Made by a program: the position numbers and the translations under genes. A stretch of DNA of 64,000 bases from Octopus sinensis (taxonomy: Eukaryota): contig NW_021833303.1 in NCBI RefSeq assembly GCF_006345805.1, positions 1-64,000 on the forward strand, given 5' to 3'. Position 1 is the stretch's first letter, and each line of letters opens with the position of its first letter. A model generated the notes under the pieces. It worked only from the letters and a program-made list of their open reading frames with translations. It was not told the DNA's origin and did no database searches. This document shows positions 12,368 through 25,468 of the stretch, piece after piece.

Positions 12368-12730
12368 TGGATCTCCGTCAGTTTCGACAATGAGTATTCA
12401 TTTGTTCGAACAACTGATCTACCGATTCGTTTAGTTAGCATGCAAGTAGTTGAGTACTCCACAAAGCAGAGTATTCTTAATGTTATTCTCAGGCAGGGTG
12501 AACATGACGACAATATGTGACGTAGCTGGAGTTTTGAATTCTAGACATAATCCATCCGATGGGCTTCCGCACAGTTTCCGTAAACCCAATTTCACTCACG
12601 ATAGGTCTTATTCAGGTAAGAATTTGCGCTTGAAGACTTTCTCGGGGAAATTTCGTCTAATGCTCATCTACATGAGTCGACCCGAAGCTATGGTAAAAAT
12701 TGCCAAACAACGGGTTCGAACTCATGATAT
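12368..12730 (-). mobile_element. Degenerate SINE (family B/C hybrid type)
   Basis: Reverse complement has gagttcgaaccc head and the ...gtcgaaactgacggag tail; explains ORF 12450..12908. Confidence 0.6.
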
Positions 12731-15509
12731 TGTGATAGAAAACCGAACTTCTTTATCATTCACTCATGCTATTTGCATCACTCACAGGCACGCATATACA
12801 CACACACACACTCATATACATGCCTATACATACATGCACACACACACAAACATACGCACATATTGGAAACGCATACACATTCATATTCATATGCATGTAT
12901 GTAATTGAGTGTGTATGTGTGTGTGTGTGTTGGTACGTTTGTGATTTTGTTGGTACCTGCAAACGTTTTTGCGGTTCTCTAAAGATAAAATTTATATATA
13001 ATTCAGTAAACCTAACCCTGTCGCCATTTTGAATTTCATTATGACTATCTTCTGTAAAAACAATAATGCCGGCTGTTACTCAAATATAATAAACATCATC
13101 GCTTAATCTGTTAGTGACGCCGTTACTTCTAATGTTATATACATCCAGTAGATTTGTAATAATATTTTACTTTCCAGACCTGTCTTGAAAAGATTTCAGC
13201 CAAAGCCGGATAAATTTCTTGCATGGTAATGTCATTTTATTTGGAATGTACCTGAATGATTCTTCTTCACCAACAGACTTTTGAGTTTCTTCCGTTAACA
13301 TGACGAATAAGTGGGGGAGAAAACGAAGACCTAGTGTTTAGTTCTAGTTAAGTGAATAAGGATTAAATAAATATGCCGTTATAAGCAGCACCTATGATCT
13401 TCAATCCTTTCCCGACAACTCGATGAAATTAACTCATTCAGAATAAAGGCTCAGCCAAGAAACAGAATGCAACGTCCGTTGAACATTTGAAAACATTATC
13501 TTTGAGCAAGTATGCTGTTACCTGGTCAACTCAGCCATTTTGTTCAGTTTTTTTTCCGATGACGCTATTGAACATCTGATATACATACGACATGCATGTT
13601 AGATTTTGTTCTAATTCGAGCCCCCAAGGGGTTTAACAGTCTATAGTTTGATACACAGCCCTTAGGCGTAAACCCGTAAGTTCAATTAGGTTTCGTTTCT
13701 TTATATTTTTATTTTCATATTATATTAATTCGTTGCCATTATAAATTTATCGCAAACTATTTATTACTATAGATAGAGAAAGTCATAAAACTAATGTGAT
13801 TTTCAAATAAATTAGAATTCTGTAGGGTCCGCATTCAAATGACTATTGCATCATTTATATAGAAACCGATATCCCCCGATTTATAAACATTGCTTAATTC
13901 TTGAATATTTTGTCAGCTTAATCCAACTTTAATGAAATTTTGACGTTTAGATTATATTTCAAGACGCCAATGTTTAACTGAATTATTTTTATAAACTTAT
14001 GTCAGGGTCTGCTTAATGAATCTATTTCTGAAATTTAAATTTCCGACACAAGTCTGATATATGGGCCTCCGTAGAGATTTCGGTAAGATTAACGATGTTT
14101 TCCCGTTTCCACGCGTCTAACCCAAAATAGCAAAGTGATAAATCTTCTAGAGGACTGGATTATGGATCAATGTTACTGGACCTTTCTTGCCTGTGTGTCA
14201 ATGAGTTGGCTCTAAACTTCTTCAATACACACACACACACACACGCGCAACAGATGCACATTGAATAATTAGAGCAGCAGATTTATTCAGTTCAGGAAAC
14301 AAACTTTTTTCAAATTATTTATTTGTCATCTTAAGGAATGTGTATGGGCGTGCATATGTAATTCGTTTTCAACTGTTGAACTCGAAGCAGATAAAGCTAG
14401 AGATAATACCGAGTAAATATCGGGTCAATACCTCCTTTAGACAGAAAACGATTGAAGGCTGCTTTGGAGACTCGAACCGACATGCCTTGTAAACATGAAC
14501 AGCTGTTCTATCATTGGAGCAAATCAATCCTTCGTATTTCTCTCCCCATATTTGAGGCTTTATTCTTATCAGCGAGAATTCTTTGTTGTTGACGTCATAA
14601 GAAGTTACAAACCTCGACATCTGTTACGTTTGCAGAAGTTGTGAGTTCGAGTTCCGCCGGTAATCTTCGACATTTTCTATCCAAAAGGTTTTTCAACCCA
14701 ATAACTACACGCTGATTTTTAAAATAACTCTCAATTGTTTAACAATTTTACAAGCGAAAATTCCTGCACACGACGGAAAGAGAATTACAGAAACTGTAAA
14801 CCAAATCCTTTTGTTTTACTATCTTCATTTCTCCCTTGTTTTTCTCCCTCTTAACTCATTATAACTGAAACTTTCATGATATTCATTTCTTGTCGACCAC
14901 TACTAACACTATTGAATTTTGCACATTTAAACAAGTTGACCAACAGTTTTTATATTATTGATTGTTATGAACATTTAAACTTATCAACATTGAAACTTTT
15001 AAAGATGTTTTTCTAATTGATAATTCTAAATTTTCACCATTGATAAACAAAAAATATTGTTGAAACTAGTTTGGTATGTATGTAAGTAAATCTATTTTAA
15101 AACAATCACAAGTTTTTCAAATTTAGGGGCATTTTTAACAACAAATCTGCCTATATTTTTCCTACGTGGAAATACACTCCCGCTTTTATTATATATAAAT
15201 ACGGACATATATACTCCTGCATGCACACATATACATACATACCATATCATACATACATACATACATACATACATACATACATACATACATACATACATAC
15301 ATACATACATTGGTAAGGCTTCTATTTAATTATTTCTTTAACTTCCTTGTCAAAAGTTTCGACTGCGAAATACTCACCGAATGACTCCCAGAATTCCCTG
15401 TTAGCTCCATCAGTTTATTCCATTTGGTTTCTTCGGAAAGAAAGTGACACGTTTGCAGATGACACTTTTGAAAAGAAATTGATAAGATTACAGTTATATT
15501 CCTTATCGT

Positions 15510-15686
<177 letters not shown>

Positions 15687-16430
15687 TGAGTGAGCGAGCA
15701 GAGCATGCCATCAAAGTGACACTGGGGTAAAATATACGAAGCCCAGTATACCCATCATGACTACCCGTCTGATAAGGGTACACCAGGCACATGCATCACA
15801 ACCATATGTGCGCGACATGGTGATCTCATATCAAGATAAACAGCACATGACCTTGCAGGTGGAGCCCAGTTAGAATTTTCTTCAGATCGAGTAACCCATC
15901 CCGCTCAAAAGGTCCCTGAATAAGGTTGTTTAAGGACGTTGAACGAAACACCCATGTTTCCAGAGGTGAATTATTCAAACCCCAAAGAATCCTTCTCAAC
16001 ACATGGCTATGATGCTCCCCCACTACTTCTGCTCGTGATCAGAGATGCACATATCGTCAGCCACTAAGGGACATGCTCAACTGGTTACGGTCAAACAACT
16101 GACAAGCAAATCTGTGGTATTGAGCAGAATATTTGCTGTAGCCCATCTTTTATACCAAGACAAAACAATGTACATGATGACCTTAACCAGTTGAGCATGT
16201 CCCTTAGTGGCTGACGATATGTGCATCTCTGATCACGAGCAGAAGTAGTGGGGGAGCATCATAGCCATATGTTGAGAAGGATTCTTTGGGGTTTTAATAA
16301 TTCACCTCTGGAAACATGGGTGTTTCGTTCAACGTCCTTAAACAACCCTTATTCAGGGACCTTTTGAGCGGGATGGGTTACTCGATCTGAAGAAAATTCT
16401 AACTGGGCTCCACCTGCAAGGTCATGTGCT
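15687..16430 (-). mobile_element. ORF-less (TAA)n-embedded repeat with an inverted partial duplication
   Basis: Same family as 37037-37575; 15842-16093 is repeated inverted at 16178-16430; (ATT)n on both flanks. Confidence 0.8.
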
Positions 16431-16456
16431 TATTATTATTATTATTATTATTATTA

Positions 16457-16731
16457 TCTTATTGTCTTTACATAGCTTCTAACGCTGGAGATGTACTACG
16501 GTGTCAGCTGTTCACTACCAGTGAACTAAGGTAACACCCCTTAATTTTTCGAGCACCATCCAGAGTACTCGAGCGGTTCAAACCAGTGTTGTTTTCTGCA
16601 AGCGCTCCGCCCTCATTGCAGCCCCTATTTTTTCCCCGTACTTCTCAAGATTTTTACTCGCTGTTCCCAGGGTTCTGACAATTATTGGTACTACTACCAC
16701 CTTTTTCATCGACCACAACTGCTTAATCTCC

Positions 16732-16732
<1 letters not shown>
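16457..16732 (-). mobile_element. 5'-truncated R4/Dong-like (RLE) non-LTR retrotransposon, 3' end, in (TAA)n
   Basis: Minus strand EIKQLWSMKKVVVVPIIVRTLGTASKNLEKY...LQKTTLV*TARVLWMVLEK matches the end of RLE ORFs; (ATT)n on both sides. Confidence 0.8.
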
Positions 16733-16780
<48 letters not shown>

Positions 16781-16963
16781 TTATTATTATTATTATTATT
16801 CTATGTTTGACTTTCGCTTTATATTTGTACAAGTTGGCTCCAAGTCTCACCCAGAGACCTCAAGAGACAACAGGTTGGAAGTTCGTGATGTTGTTATGCC
16901 TAGTGTGCCATATATTTGGTTTTGTATTTTGTGTTGTACTAGTAAATGTCAAAAAAATTATAA

Positions 16964-17024
<61 letters not shown>

Positions 17025-17124
17025 CATTATTGTTGTTGTTGTTGTGGTCGTTGTCATTCATTTTTTCTTCTATCTAAAGTCGTTTCTTGATCGTTTTATT
17101 TTCCGCATATTTTATTCCACTTTT

Positions 17125-17351
17125 GCTTTACTCTTTTACTTTTTTACATGTTTCAGTCATTTGACTGCGACCCTGCTGGAGCACCGCCTTTAGTCAAGCA
17201 AATCGACCCCAGGACGTATTTTTTGTAAGCCTAGTACTTATTCTATCGGTGTCTTTTGCCGAACCGCTAAGTTACGGGGACGCAACACACCAGCATCGAT
17301 TGTCAAGTGATGTTGGGGGGACAGACACAGACACACAAACGTATACACACA

Positions 17352-17429
<78 letters not shown>

Positions 17430-17597
17430 ATATATATACGACGGGCTTCTTTCAGTTTCCGTCTACCAAATCCACTCACAAGGCTTTGGCCAGCCCGAGG
17501 CTGTAGTAGAAGTCACTTGCCCAAGGTGCAACGCGATGGGACTGAACCCAGAACCATGTGGTTGGTAAGCAATCTATTTACCACACAGCCACTCCTA
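17125..17597 (-). mobile_element. Family C tRNA-SINE (CORE-like) with internal CA/TA microsatellite
   Basis: Head aggagtggctgtgtggtaa...gggttcagtccc; CORE-like caccttgggcaagtg; tail ...gcggtgctccagca...gactgaaaca. Confidence 0.85.
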
Positions 17598-17894
17598 CGC
17601 CTTTGTTTATTTCGATTTAATGTTTCTTTAAAAGAGCTGGTTTTTAGGGCAGCGTTTCTACTGTTTAATTAATTACTCATGTTATTCCTTATGTCATTCG
17701 TGTTAATAGTTACTCGTTTCCTTTTCCAAAGTCATTTCACATAACAGAACCCCGATGTATAAGCTTTTAGCATAACATATCTGCAATACGCGCATTCGTT
17801 GGGGGTTTGTGTGAAAAAGGGAATAAACAAAAGTCAACGTATTAGGAAAATAATTTAACTCAAAAAAATTAGACTTATTCTTGCAGCACACTTT

Positions 17895-17935
<41 letters not shown>

Positions 17936-18009
17936 ACACATGTATTATACATGTGTGTGAGTATTTATGTAATATATGTACAATATATATATATATATAT
18001 ATATATATC

Positions 18010-18670
18010 TTTTATTTTTTTATCTTATACTGGTTTCAGCCCAGGGCTGAGGTCATGCTGGTGCACACCTGTGGTTATTCCTATGTTGTTTCCAATGGAC
18101 GGAGATGTTCTTTGCGTCTCCTGTCGCTATGTGGGTTCATCTGGTATCTCAGATAGAAACCTGTCCAGACGTTCCTTGAAAATCTCCCCAATCAACACCA
18201 TGAAGATCTCTACGGTTGCCTGGAAGGATGTTGAACGACTACGGGCCCTTTAAACCCAGACTATTGCAGTACTGAGTCATTATTTTAGATGGATGAGACG
18301 GGATTTTTGCTATGATGCAGCGTCGTCCAGTTCGAGGATTGGTCTAGCTGTCAATTCCAATATTGGGAGCTAAACCCTCCAAGATCTTCTAAATATATAT
18401 CACCGCATATCTCTCTCGTCTTCTTTCCAGGGAACAGAAACTCTGCTCCTTTAGCCTTTCCCAGTAGCGCCCATCTTTTGCATCGAGTCAATCTTCTTTG
18501 TGTATTGGCGCAGGATTGATTCGAACTCCACAGTTTGTTTCACACTCTCTAGGAACCATAGCTGGGAGCAGTAGTCCAAGCGGCTGAGACCGAAAGTCTT
18601 CCATAGGAGTAGCATGGCTTCCCTTATCCTGATTCTGAATGTCCTCAGAATCCACTGTACATTTTATTAT
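18010..18670 (-). mobile_element. CR1/L2-group LINE 3' fragment
   Basis: Minus strand WILRTF...LSRLDYCSQLW...YWERLK...SLERRRERY...KILEGLAPN...LGLKGP.FNILP...ERLDRFLSEIPDEP. Confidence 0.85.
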
Positions 18671-18747
18671 GTTACACAAAAGTATGTAGTAACCTCAGGA
18701 TAATGTAAAATTTTCTTTATTGTAATTAAAGATAAAAGCTGACAAAT

Positions 18748-18830
18748 AGACAGACAGACAGACAGACAGATAGGTACATACATACATACATACATACATA
18801 CATACATACATAGACAGACAGACAGACAGT

Positions 18831-18914
<84 letters not shown>

Positions 18915-18950
18915 TACATACATACATAGACAGACAGACAGACAGACAGG

Positions 18951-18992
<42 letters not shown>
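18748..18992. repeat. Compound (GACA)/(TACA)/(GATA) tetranucleotide tract
   Basis: Two copies of a GACA-TACA-GACA-GATA module, ending in (GATA)n at the Tx1 3' junction. Confidence 0.9.
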
Positions 18993-19378
18993 TGTTTCTT
19001 TATTAGCCACACAGGGCTGCACACAGATAGAACAAATTACAAGGTAGAGCTTTTCTTTTGAAGGTTTAAAAAAAAAAAAAAAAAAAAAGGAAAGGGGAGT
19101 TTCGATCAAAAGGTCGTAAAAGGAGAGAAAGGACAAAAAAAGGGGGGGTTAAAAAAAAAAAAAAAAAAAAGGGGAGAGGAAAAAAAAATTGATCAATAGG
19201 GATCGTTATCACAGAAATGTCAATATGAAGTGTAAGGGGAGGACAGGTGAGGTTTACCCGTGGAAAGAAAAGCCTACGGAAAAGACCACGGTAACCTCGG
19301 TCAATGAGTCACATTTTATATTTCTTTTTTTTTTTTTTTTTTTGCAAATAAGCAACTCTCTGTTTTCGATTTCTGGGT

Positions 19379-22300
19379 TCATAGGACTATGCTCAAGGTG
19401 GCTTCGTCATTCATACGTGCCATTCTTGCTACATTCACCCATCTTTTTTTAAAACATTCGCTAGACAAAACTTGCCTCTCTACTCTCACTTTCCTTTTCA
19501 AGTGGTACTTGAAGAAGTTGATGAGAGATTGACCAGAGAGGAAATGTTTTTGTCTCCAATCCTTTCAGACGCGTCCACCAGATACATTCTTTCGCCATAG
19601 CCACAAGGATGATGAAAATAGCTCTTCCTTCCGTTTGAAGGAAGGAGGCGTGACAATATTGACGATAGACTCAGCTGATAAACCGACTCGTCCCACACGT
19701 GACAGCAGTTGTTCGACATAAGCCCACAGGTCGGAAATTGTTGGACACTGAACGAGTGCGTGCAGAACGGTTTCGTCGCTCTGACCGCATCTCGGGCAGG
19801 TCGGCCCCGTGTTTCTCGAGCCGTGTCTGTAGAGCTTATCCCGAACGGGTAGCGCTTCTCGGTAGCACTGCCAGGCCAGGATCTCTGGAAGTTGTCCATG
19901 GGCCCTGGCCCGAAAGTCGTCCCGAACAGGCGGGTCAGGTACTCCTCGTCGACGTCCAGGTTCGCCCCGAGCTCGTCGTCGTACCTCCCCTCCACTAAAC
20001 CCTATAGAATGCTTTGGTTGTGTTGAAGTCACTTAAGGTCGACCCAGGACGGCAGAGTTGCTTGAGAGCAACGCGACACTCGCGGTGCCATTCGCCCTTC
20101 CGGCGGCCTCTTTTTGATCCACGACTGCAGTCGGTCATGGAGACGAGCTGCGGGAAAGCGTGCCTCACAAACGGCGACCACACACCTGTTCACCGTCGTC
20201 TACATAGAGCCAGAGATGTCGCAGTCTCAGCGCGTGTCTGCGCATCATCAACCACGGCATGCCCAGCCCTCCTTTTAACGGGTGTTTGACAGCAAATGGA
20301 TCGCCTGACCATCGGGACGCATCCTTTCCACAAGAAGCGAAAGAGGATGCGTTGTAGTTTGGTGATGGTAGGGTCGGGACAAGGTACGACGGTCAGGCGG
20401 TAGTAGATGACGGACGCGATGTACGTGTTCGCCACCTCCGCTCGACCTTTTAGGGACAGTTTCCTCTCGGCCCATTGCCGGGCGAGAGTGACCACCCTAC
20501 TCGTTATCTCGTTCCAGTTCTTCTCCACTTGGAGGTCCGGACCAAACCAGACCCCGAGCAACTCAACCGGGCCGTCGGTCCAGCGTCCCACGACGGAGGC
20601 GCTGGTGGACGGCATGGGCTTGCTTCTCCAGGTGCCTAGTCGCAAGCCCACTGACTTTTCCCGGTTGATTTTCGCTCCTGTCACCGCTTCGTAGTTTTTC
20701 AGTGTCTCACCGACCAGCTCGATGTGCTCGTGGCTTGACACTATGACGGTGACGTCGTCCGCGTATGCAGACACGCTCGTCCCGCATCCCAATTCTCGCG
20801 GGATGCCCCTTAGAGTCGCCAGCTTCCGCAGTAGTGGCTCAGAGTCAATACGTATAGAAGCGCCGAGAGGGGGCATCCCTGACGGACGACCGTGCAATGC
20901 AATGTCGAAAGGTCTTGATAGATGTCCATTTACGCGAATACCGAACGGATGCCTCTGTACAAGGCAGCTATCCAGCCGCGGAAGACGGGACCGAAACCAG
21001 CCGCTCTCAGGACTGCCTCCAAGTATCGATGGTCTACCCTATCAAAGGCTTTCGATTGATCCAAGTTGATCAGGGCCCCACCCATGCCAGGTTCGTTAAC
21101 TACCCTGTCTATGATGTAGCGCATCAGATGGAGGTTGTCATGGATGGTCCGGCCTGGCACGGCGCATGTTTGCGCCTTGTCGACCAGTTTCTCGATGACA
21201 AGCGCCAACCTCTTGGCTAACACCTTGGCCAAAATTTTCAAGTCTGCATTAAGCAGAGTGATGGGCCTAAAGTTATCTATTACATTTCCCTTGTTTAGAT
21301 CTTTCTTCAGCAGTGTTACGGCTCCTCGGCTCACAAAACCAGGAATGCTCCCGTTTTGCTGCCAGTTGCAGTACACCGCCGCCAAGAGATCTCCAAACAA
21401 GTCTGGCATACAATTGTAAAGCTCGTAGGGTAGACCATCCAAACCCGGTGATTTGTCCCTCGAGCATTCTGCCATCGCTTCCCGCACTTCCGCCGCCGTG
21501 ATGGCACCTTCGCAGCACCCTGCCTTTCTTGTCGAGAGTCGTGGTAGGCTATGTAGGTAGGCACTGAAGTCCACCCTACGTTCTTGCCCTCCACTCGTTC
21601 CGAACAGTCGGGCAAAATGCTGCTGAAAGGCCTCACACATTTTATTTGGCGCGAGCAATTCGCGCCCCTGTTCATCTACCAGTGACCGAATGGTGGCTTT
21701 GTTGCCCTGTTGCGCCTCTGCCACCCGGGCCTCTCTCGCGGCTCCAACACCTTCGTTCCTTAGAGCACGCATCCTAGCTCTGACAGCACATCCTTCGTGT
21801 TTGGCGTTGAAGTGTTGGTCGAGGGCCAACCTCGCCGCCAAAACGTCGGATGCGATGCCGCTTCTAATTGCCTCTTCTAGCTTCTTAACTAGCTCACCCT
21901 CTACTCTATTTCTATCTATGGCTAGTGCTTTGCTGTACCTAATCGCTTCTGCTTTTACTGCTCTCTTGAGGGCAAACCACCATTTGTTGTTGATGATGGC
22001 TCCCGTCAAAGCCCTCTTTACTAGTGTGCTAATCCGGTCTCTGAAAACCTGTCTCGATGGGAAAGACGCGTTTAGTTTCCAGTATCCGGGACCCTGCCTA
22101 AGTGTCTTACCTAAGTCTAGCGTACATGTCACAAGTTTGTGATCCGTGTAGCTGACTATGTGGAATGTGGACATCCTATGCTATCTCTATCTACTGTCCT
22201 ACACAGTATCCTATCTAGATACGATCTCGACGACCCGATGCGGTTGCTCCATGTCCACGTTGGCGCATTCGGGTGGTCTAGTCGGAACCTGTCAGACAGT

Positions 22301-22815
22301 TGAAAGCGTCTGAGCAGGTCTCTGAGGCATTTGCATCCCCGTCTATTCCTATCTCTACCCACGTAGTCTACATGCGTGTCCAAGGTAGCATTCCAATCCC
22401 CCACTAAGAGTAAAGGACGAGACGTTCCCAAGAAAACTTCTAGACGTTGAAAGAAATCCGCCCGACCTGTTAAGGGCGGTGCGTAAACTGATACGAGTCG
22501 AAAAGCGCACCCATTGCTGCCGTCGACATCCAGGACGACCAGTCTACCCTCCGGTCTACGAATATTGTCCTTACTTTGAGATCCAGACTCTTGTGAAAAA
22601 GTACCGCGGTGCCACTACCGCCCATTCTCGGCAGACAGGGGAAAAATAAATGTTGAACTGTCCGCCAAACATGGTCTTTAGGCCCGCGGATTGTGGAGTC
22701 TGGTCTCGCTTATGGCTATGATTTCTAACTTATGTGACTTTATGTCATTTAAGAGGTACCCTTGTTTCCAAGGGGACCCCAAGCCACGCGCATTTACACA
22801 ACCAATCTTGATCAT
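19379..22815 (-). pseudogene. Tx1 ORF2 (APE endonuclease, reverse transcriptase, C-terminal zinc finger), frameshifted
   Basis: MIKIGCVNARGL...AISETR; LVGDWNA; SYLDRI; SYTDHKLV; FRPITLLNADLKILAK; DQSKAFDRV; VRQGCPLS; YADD; CPRCGQSDETVLHALVQC; stop at 19379. Confidence 0.93.
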
Positions 22816-22846
22816 AGTTCTAATGAATTAGAATACAGAGGGTTAC

Positions 22847-25142
22847 TTACTGCTCGAAAGTTTTTGCTTTCTCCTCCGTTGGTTTGTCCTCGAGAAGATC
22901 CCAGTACAGTTTCTTTGTGAGATATTTTTGGCATTTACCAACCGCACTGGGGAAAATGCCTTTGAGTGTGTGGTGCAGACTTTTGGAGATGTGTAATATT
23001 TTGATGTGGTCTGGTGGTGTTGTTATGGGTGATTGTTTGTTTTTATGTCCTCTTCTGTTATGTTTGTTTTTGATTGGATGTATTCCATCAAATTTGTGTT
23101 TTTGGTTTCTATGGCTGTGAGCATGTTTGCTGTATATGTTTTGTGGTGTTGGTGTGGCTGTTGTTTGCGTTGGGTTTTGAAATGTCTTCGGAGATGTATT
23201 TCCCCCTGCTTTGTTCGTGTTTGCATTTGGTTTGGTTGTGTTTCTGCTCTTTATTTTCCTTCTTTTGTAGCTATTTGCCATTCCTCACTGGTTTCGTCTT
23301 CCGACGAAATTTCTGAGGAATCAGAAGGGGGTAGGGGTATGTTGTGGGCTTCTATGTATGTCTGTGTAAGTGGTTGTGTTGTTGTTTTCGTTGTTGTTGG
23401 TTGTTGAGTGTTTGTATGTGTTGAGTGCGGTATAAGGGATGGGGGATCAGTTTGTGTGTGTTTTCTTTGTTTTTCTGTTCCTTTGGGTTTTGCTGTCGTT
23501 CTTGGTGTTGGAATTGGTTTATTTGTTGTTGGTGGTGATGATTCTGTTCTTGGCGCTGGTGTTGTGTTGTTTGGTTGGGTGGCTTGTTCTTTGTTGTTTT
23601 TCCTGCATTTCCGCATACAGCTTCTTGACTAGCTGTCCATATTGTGGTGTGGGCATAATCCTGGCTTTTGTGATTTTTCCTGTGGCTGTTGTTGTTGTTG
23701 TAATTTTGCGGCAGATTTGCACTCCTTTTTGAGGTGTGCCTCACTGCCACATGTATAGCATCGTGGCCTTCTGCCCTCGACTACTACGTATAACTTGCGG
23801 CCATCCTCAAGATGTACGTGGGTGGGGATTTTATTTATGTCTCTTTGACTTATGTGGAAGGAAAACTCTATTCTCTTTCCCAGCCAGTCCTTGTTTTCCG
23901 AAACACCGATATCTAGGATGTTTAAGTCCTCCATTTCGGATGTTAATGCGGATGTAATCCACAGTGTTGTAGTCACTTGGGGGACACCACTGATAATGAC
24001 TTTCGTCACCTTCTGGCCGCGGTAACTCGGTGTCAACGTTAGTTCATCAGAATGAAGGGTTATCGTTGAGAATTTCTTCGCCAACTCTTCATTCTAAAAA
24101 ACCACCTGTACGTGTGCGAACTTGTTCGCCCAAGTCACACAATCCTTGTATCCCCAGATGGGGCGTAAGCACTTTTCGACTTTGTCTGTGCTTGCCTTTT
24201 CTGGACTTTTTGTTTTTTATTTGTGATTTTATATACAATTGTCTTTTTTTCTCCTCATTCAGTATGTGCTGAGGTATGTGTAAGAGTATTTTTCCGTTTT
24301 GATTTGTAATAGGTTTCTGCAATCTTTAATCTGTTGTGTAGTAAACGAAACTTTTGTTACCTTTTCTTTTATCGCCTCGGCGAAGTTTTGTTGTTTGTTA
24401 TTGTTGTTACTGCCGGTGGTGTTGGTGTTGATGGCAGGGGTGTGGGTTGTAGGTTTGTGGTTGCTGATTATGCAACTAGCAAGGGGTGGAAAATTGCCTG
24501 CGTAATTTAGTCCTGCATTAGCGCAAATTTCGGCATTTCGTTTGCTTGTCGTCGTTATTTTTTCACTTGTTGGTGATGGAGTGAGCAGTGGTTGAAGGGA
24601 ATTGTTGTTGTCGTCGTTGTTGTTGTTGTTGTTGTTGTTATTGTCGTTCTTGGTGACGGCGGTGGTGTTGGTAGTATTAGTAGCATTGACGGCACGGTCT
24701 TTGGTGGCGGTGATGGTGATGCTGGTGTTGTTATTGGTGGCGATATCTTTAGTAGGGATAGCAGTTTTAGTAGCAGATTCTGCCATGGTGTTGGTGGTGG
24801 TGGTTGACTCACTGATGGTGTTGACGGTGCTTGGCCTTGCGACCTTTGTTTTGTATTTGTTGCTGTTGATGGTGGTGGAGTTGTCAGGTTCGGCGTATGC
24901 TAACAGAGCATCCTGTTTTTTTCTGTTTCTGCGTCACGCTTCACTTGCAACTCAGCCTCGTGGTGGCCAGTGGCGATGGTGAGTGCGGCGTTAGATTTGT
25001 TGTTGTTGTTGGTGGTGGTGGTGATGGTGGTGACAGCGGTGTTCACGCTGCGATGTTTAGTAGCCAGTGGTAGCAATAGTGTTTTGCTACCGTTCTGCAT
25101 GACTGGCGGGCTAGCCACGTGGTTTCTAGTTGCCATTTTCAA
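22847..25142 (-). pseudogene. Tx1 ORF1 (gag-like) with stops and frameshifts
   Basis: LYVVVEGRRPRCYTCGSEAHLKKEC (CX2CX4HX4C), preceded by KVIISGVP...; long T/N/Q/K/P-rich termini; located upstream of ORF2. Confidence 0.8.
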
Positions 25143-25358
25143 AATGAAAAATGGCTAAAAAACCCACGAAAGTTTTGAAAGTTTTTTTGTAATTTCGCCC
25201 ATACAGGGGCGGAATTCTACGTGAATAATTCTCAGGTTTTTTAGTGAATGAACTTGCACAACGATTAAAACAAAATATTTGACAAAAAGGAGTTTTAAAC
25301 ATGTAAAAGTGGCCAACTTACGTGGAGCCGATATGACTATCGTCCGTCCATTGTAGAG

Positions 25359-25468
<110 letters not shown>

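Noticed and set aside
16230-16260. gtagtggggga resembling the U1 snRNA 3' end
   Set aside because: Only about 11 nt match; no other U1 features.
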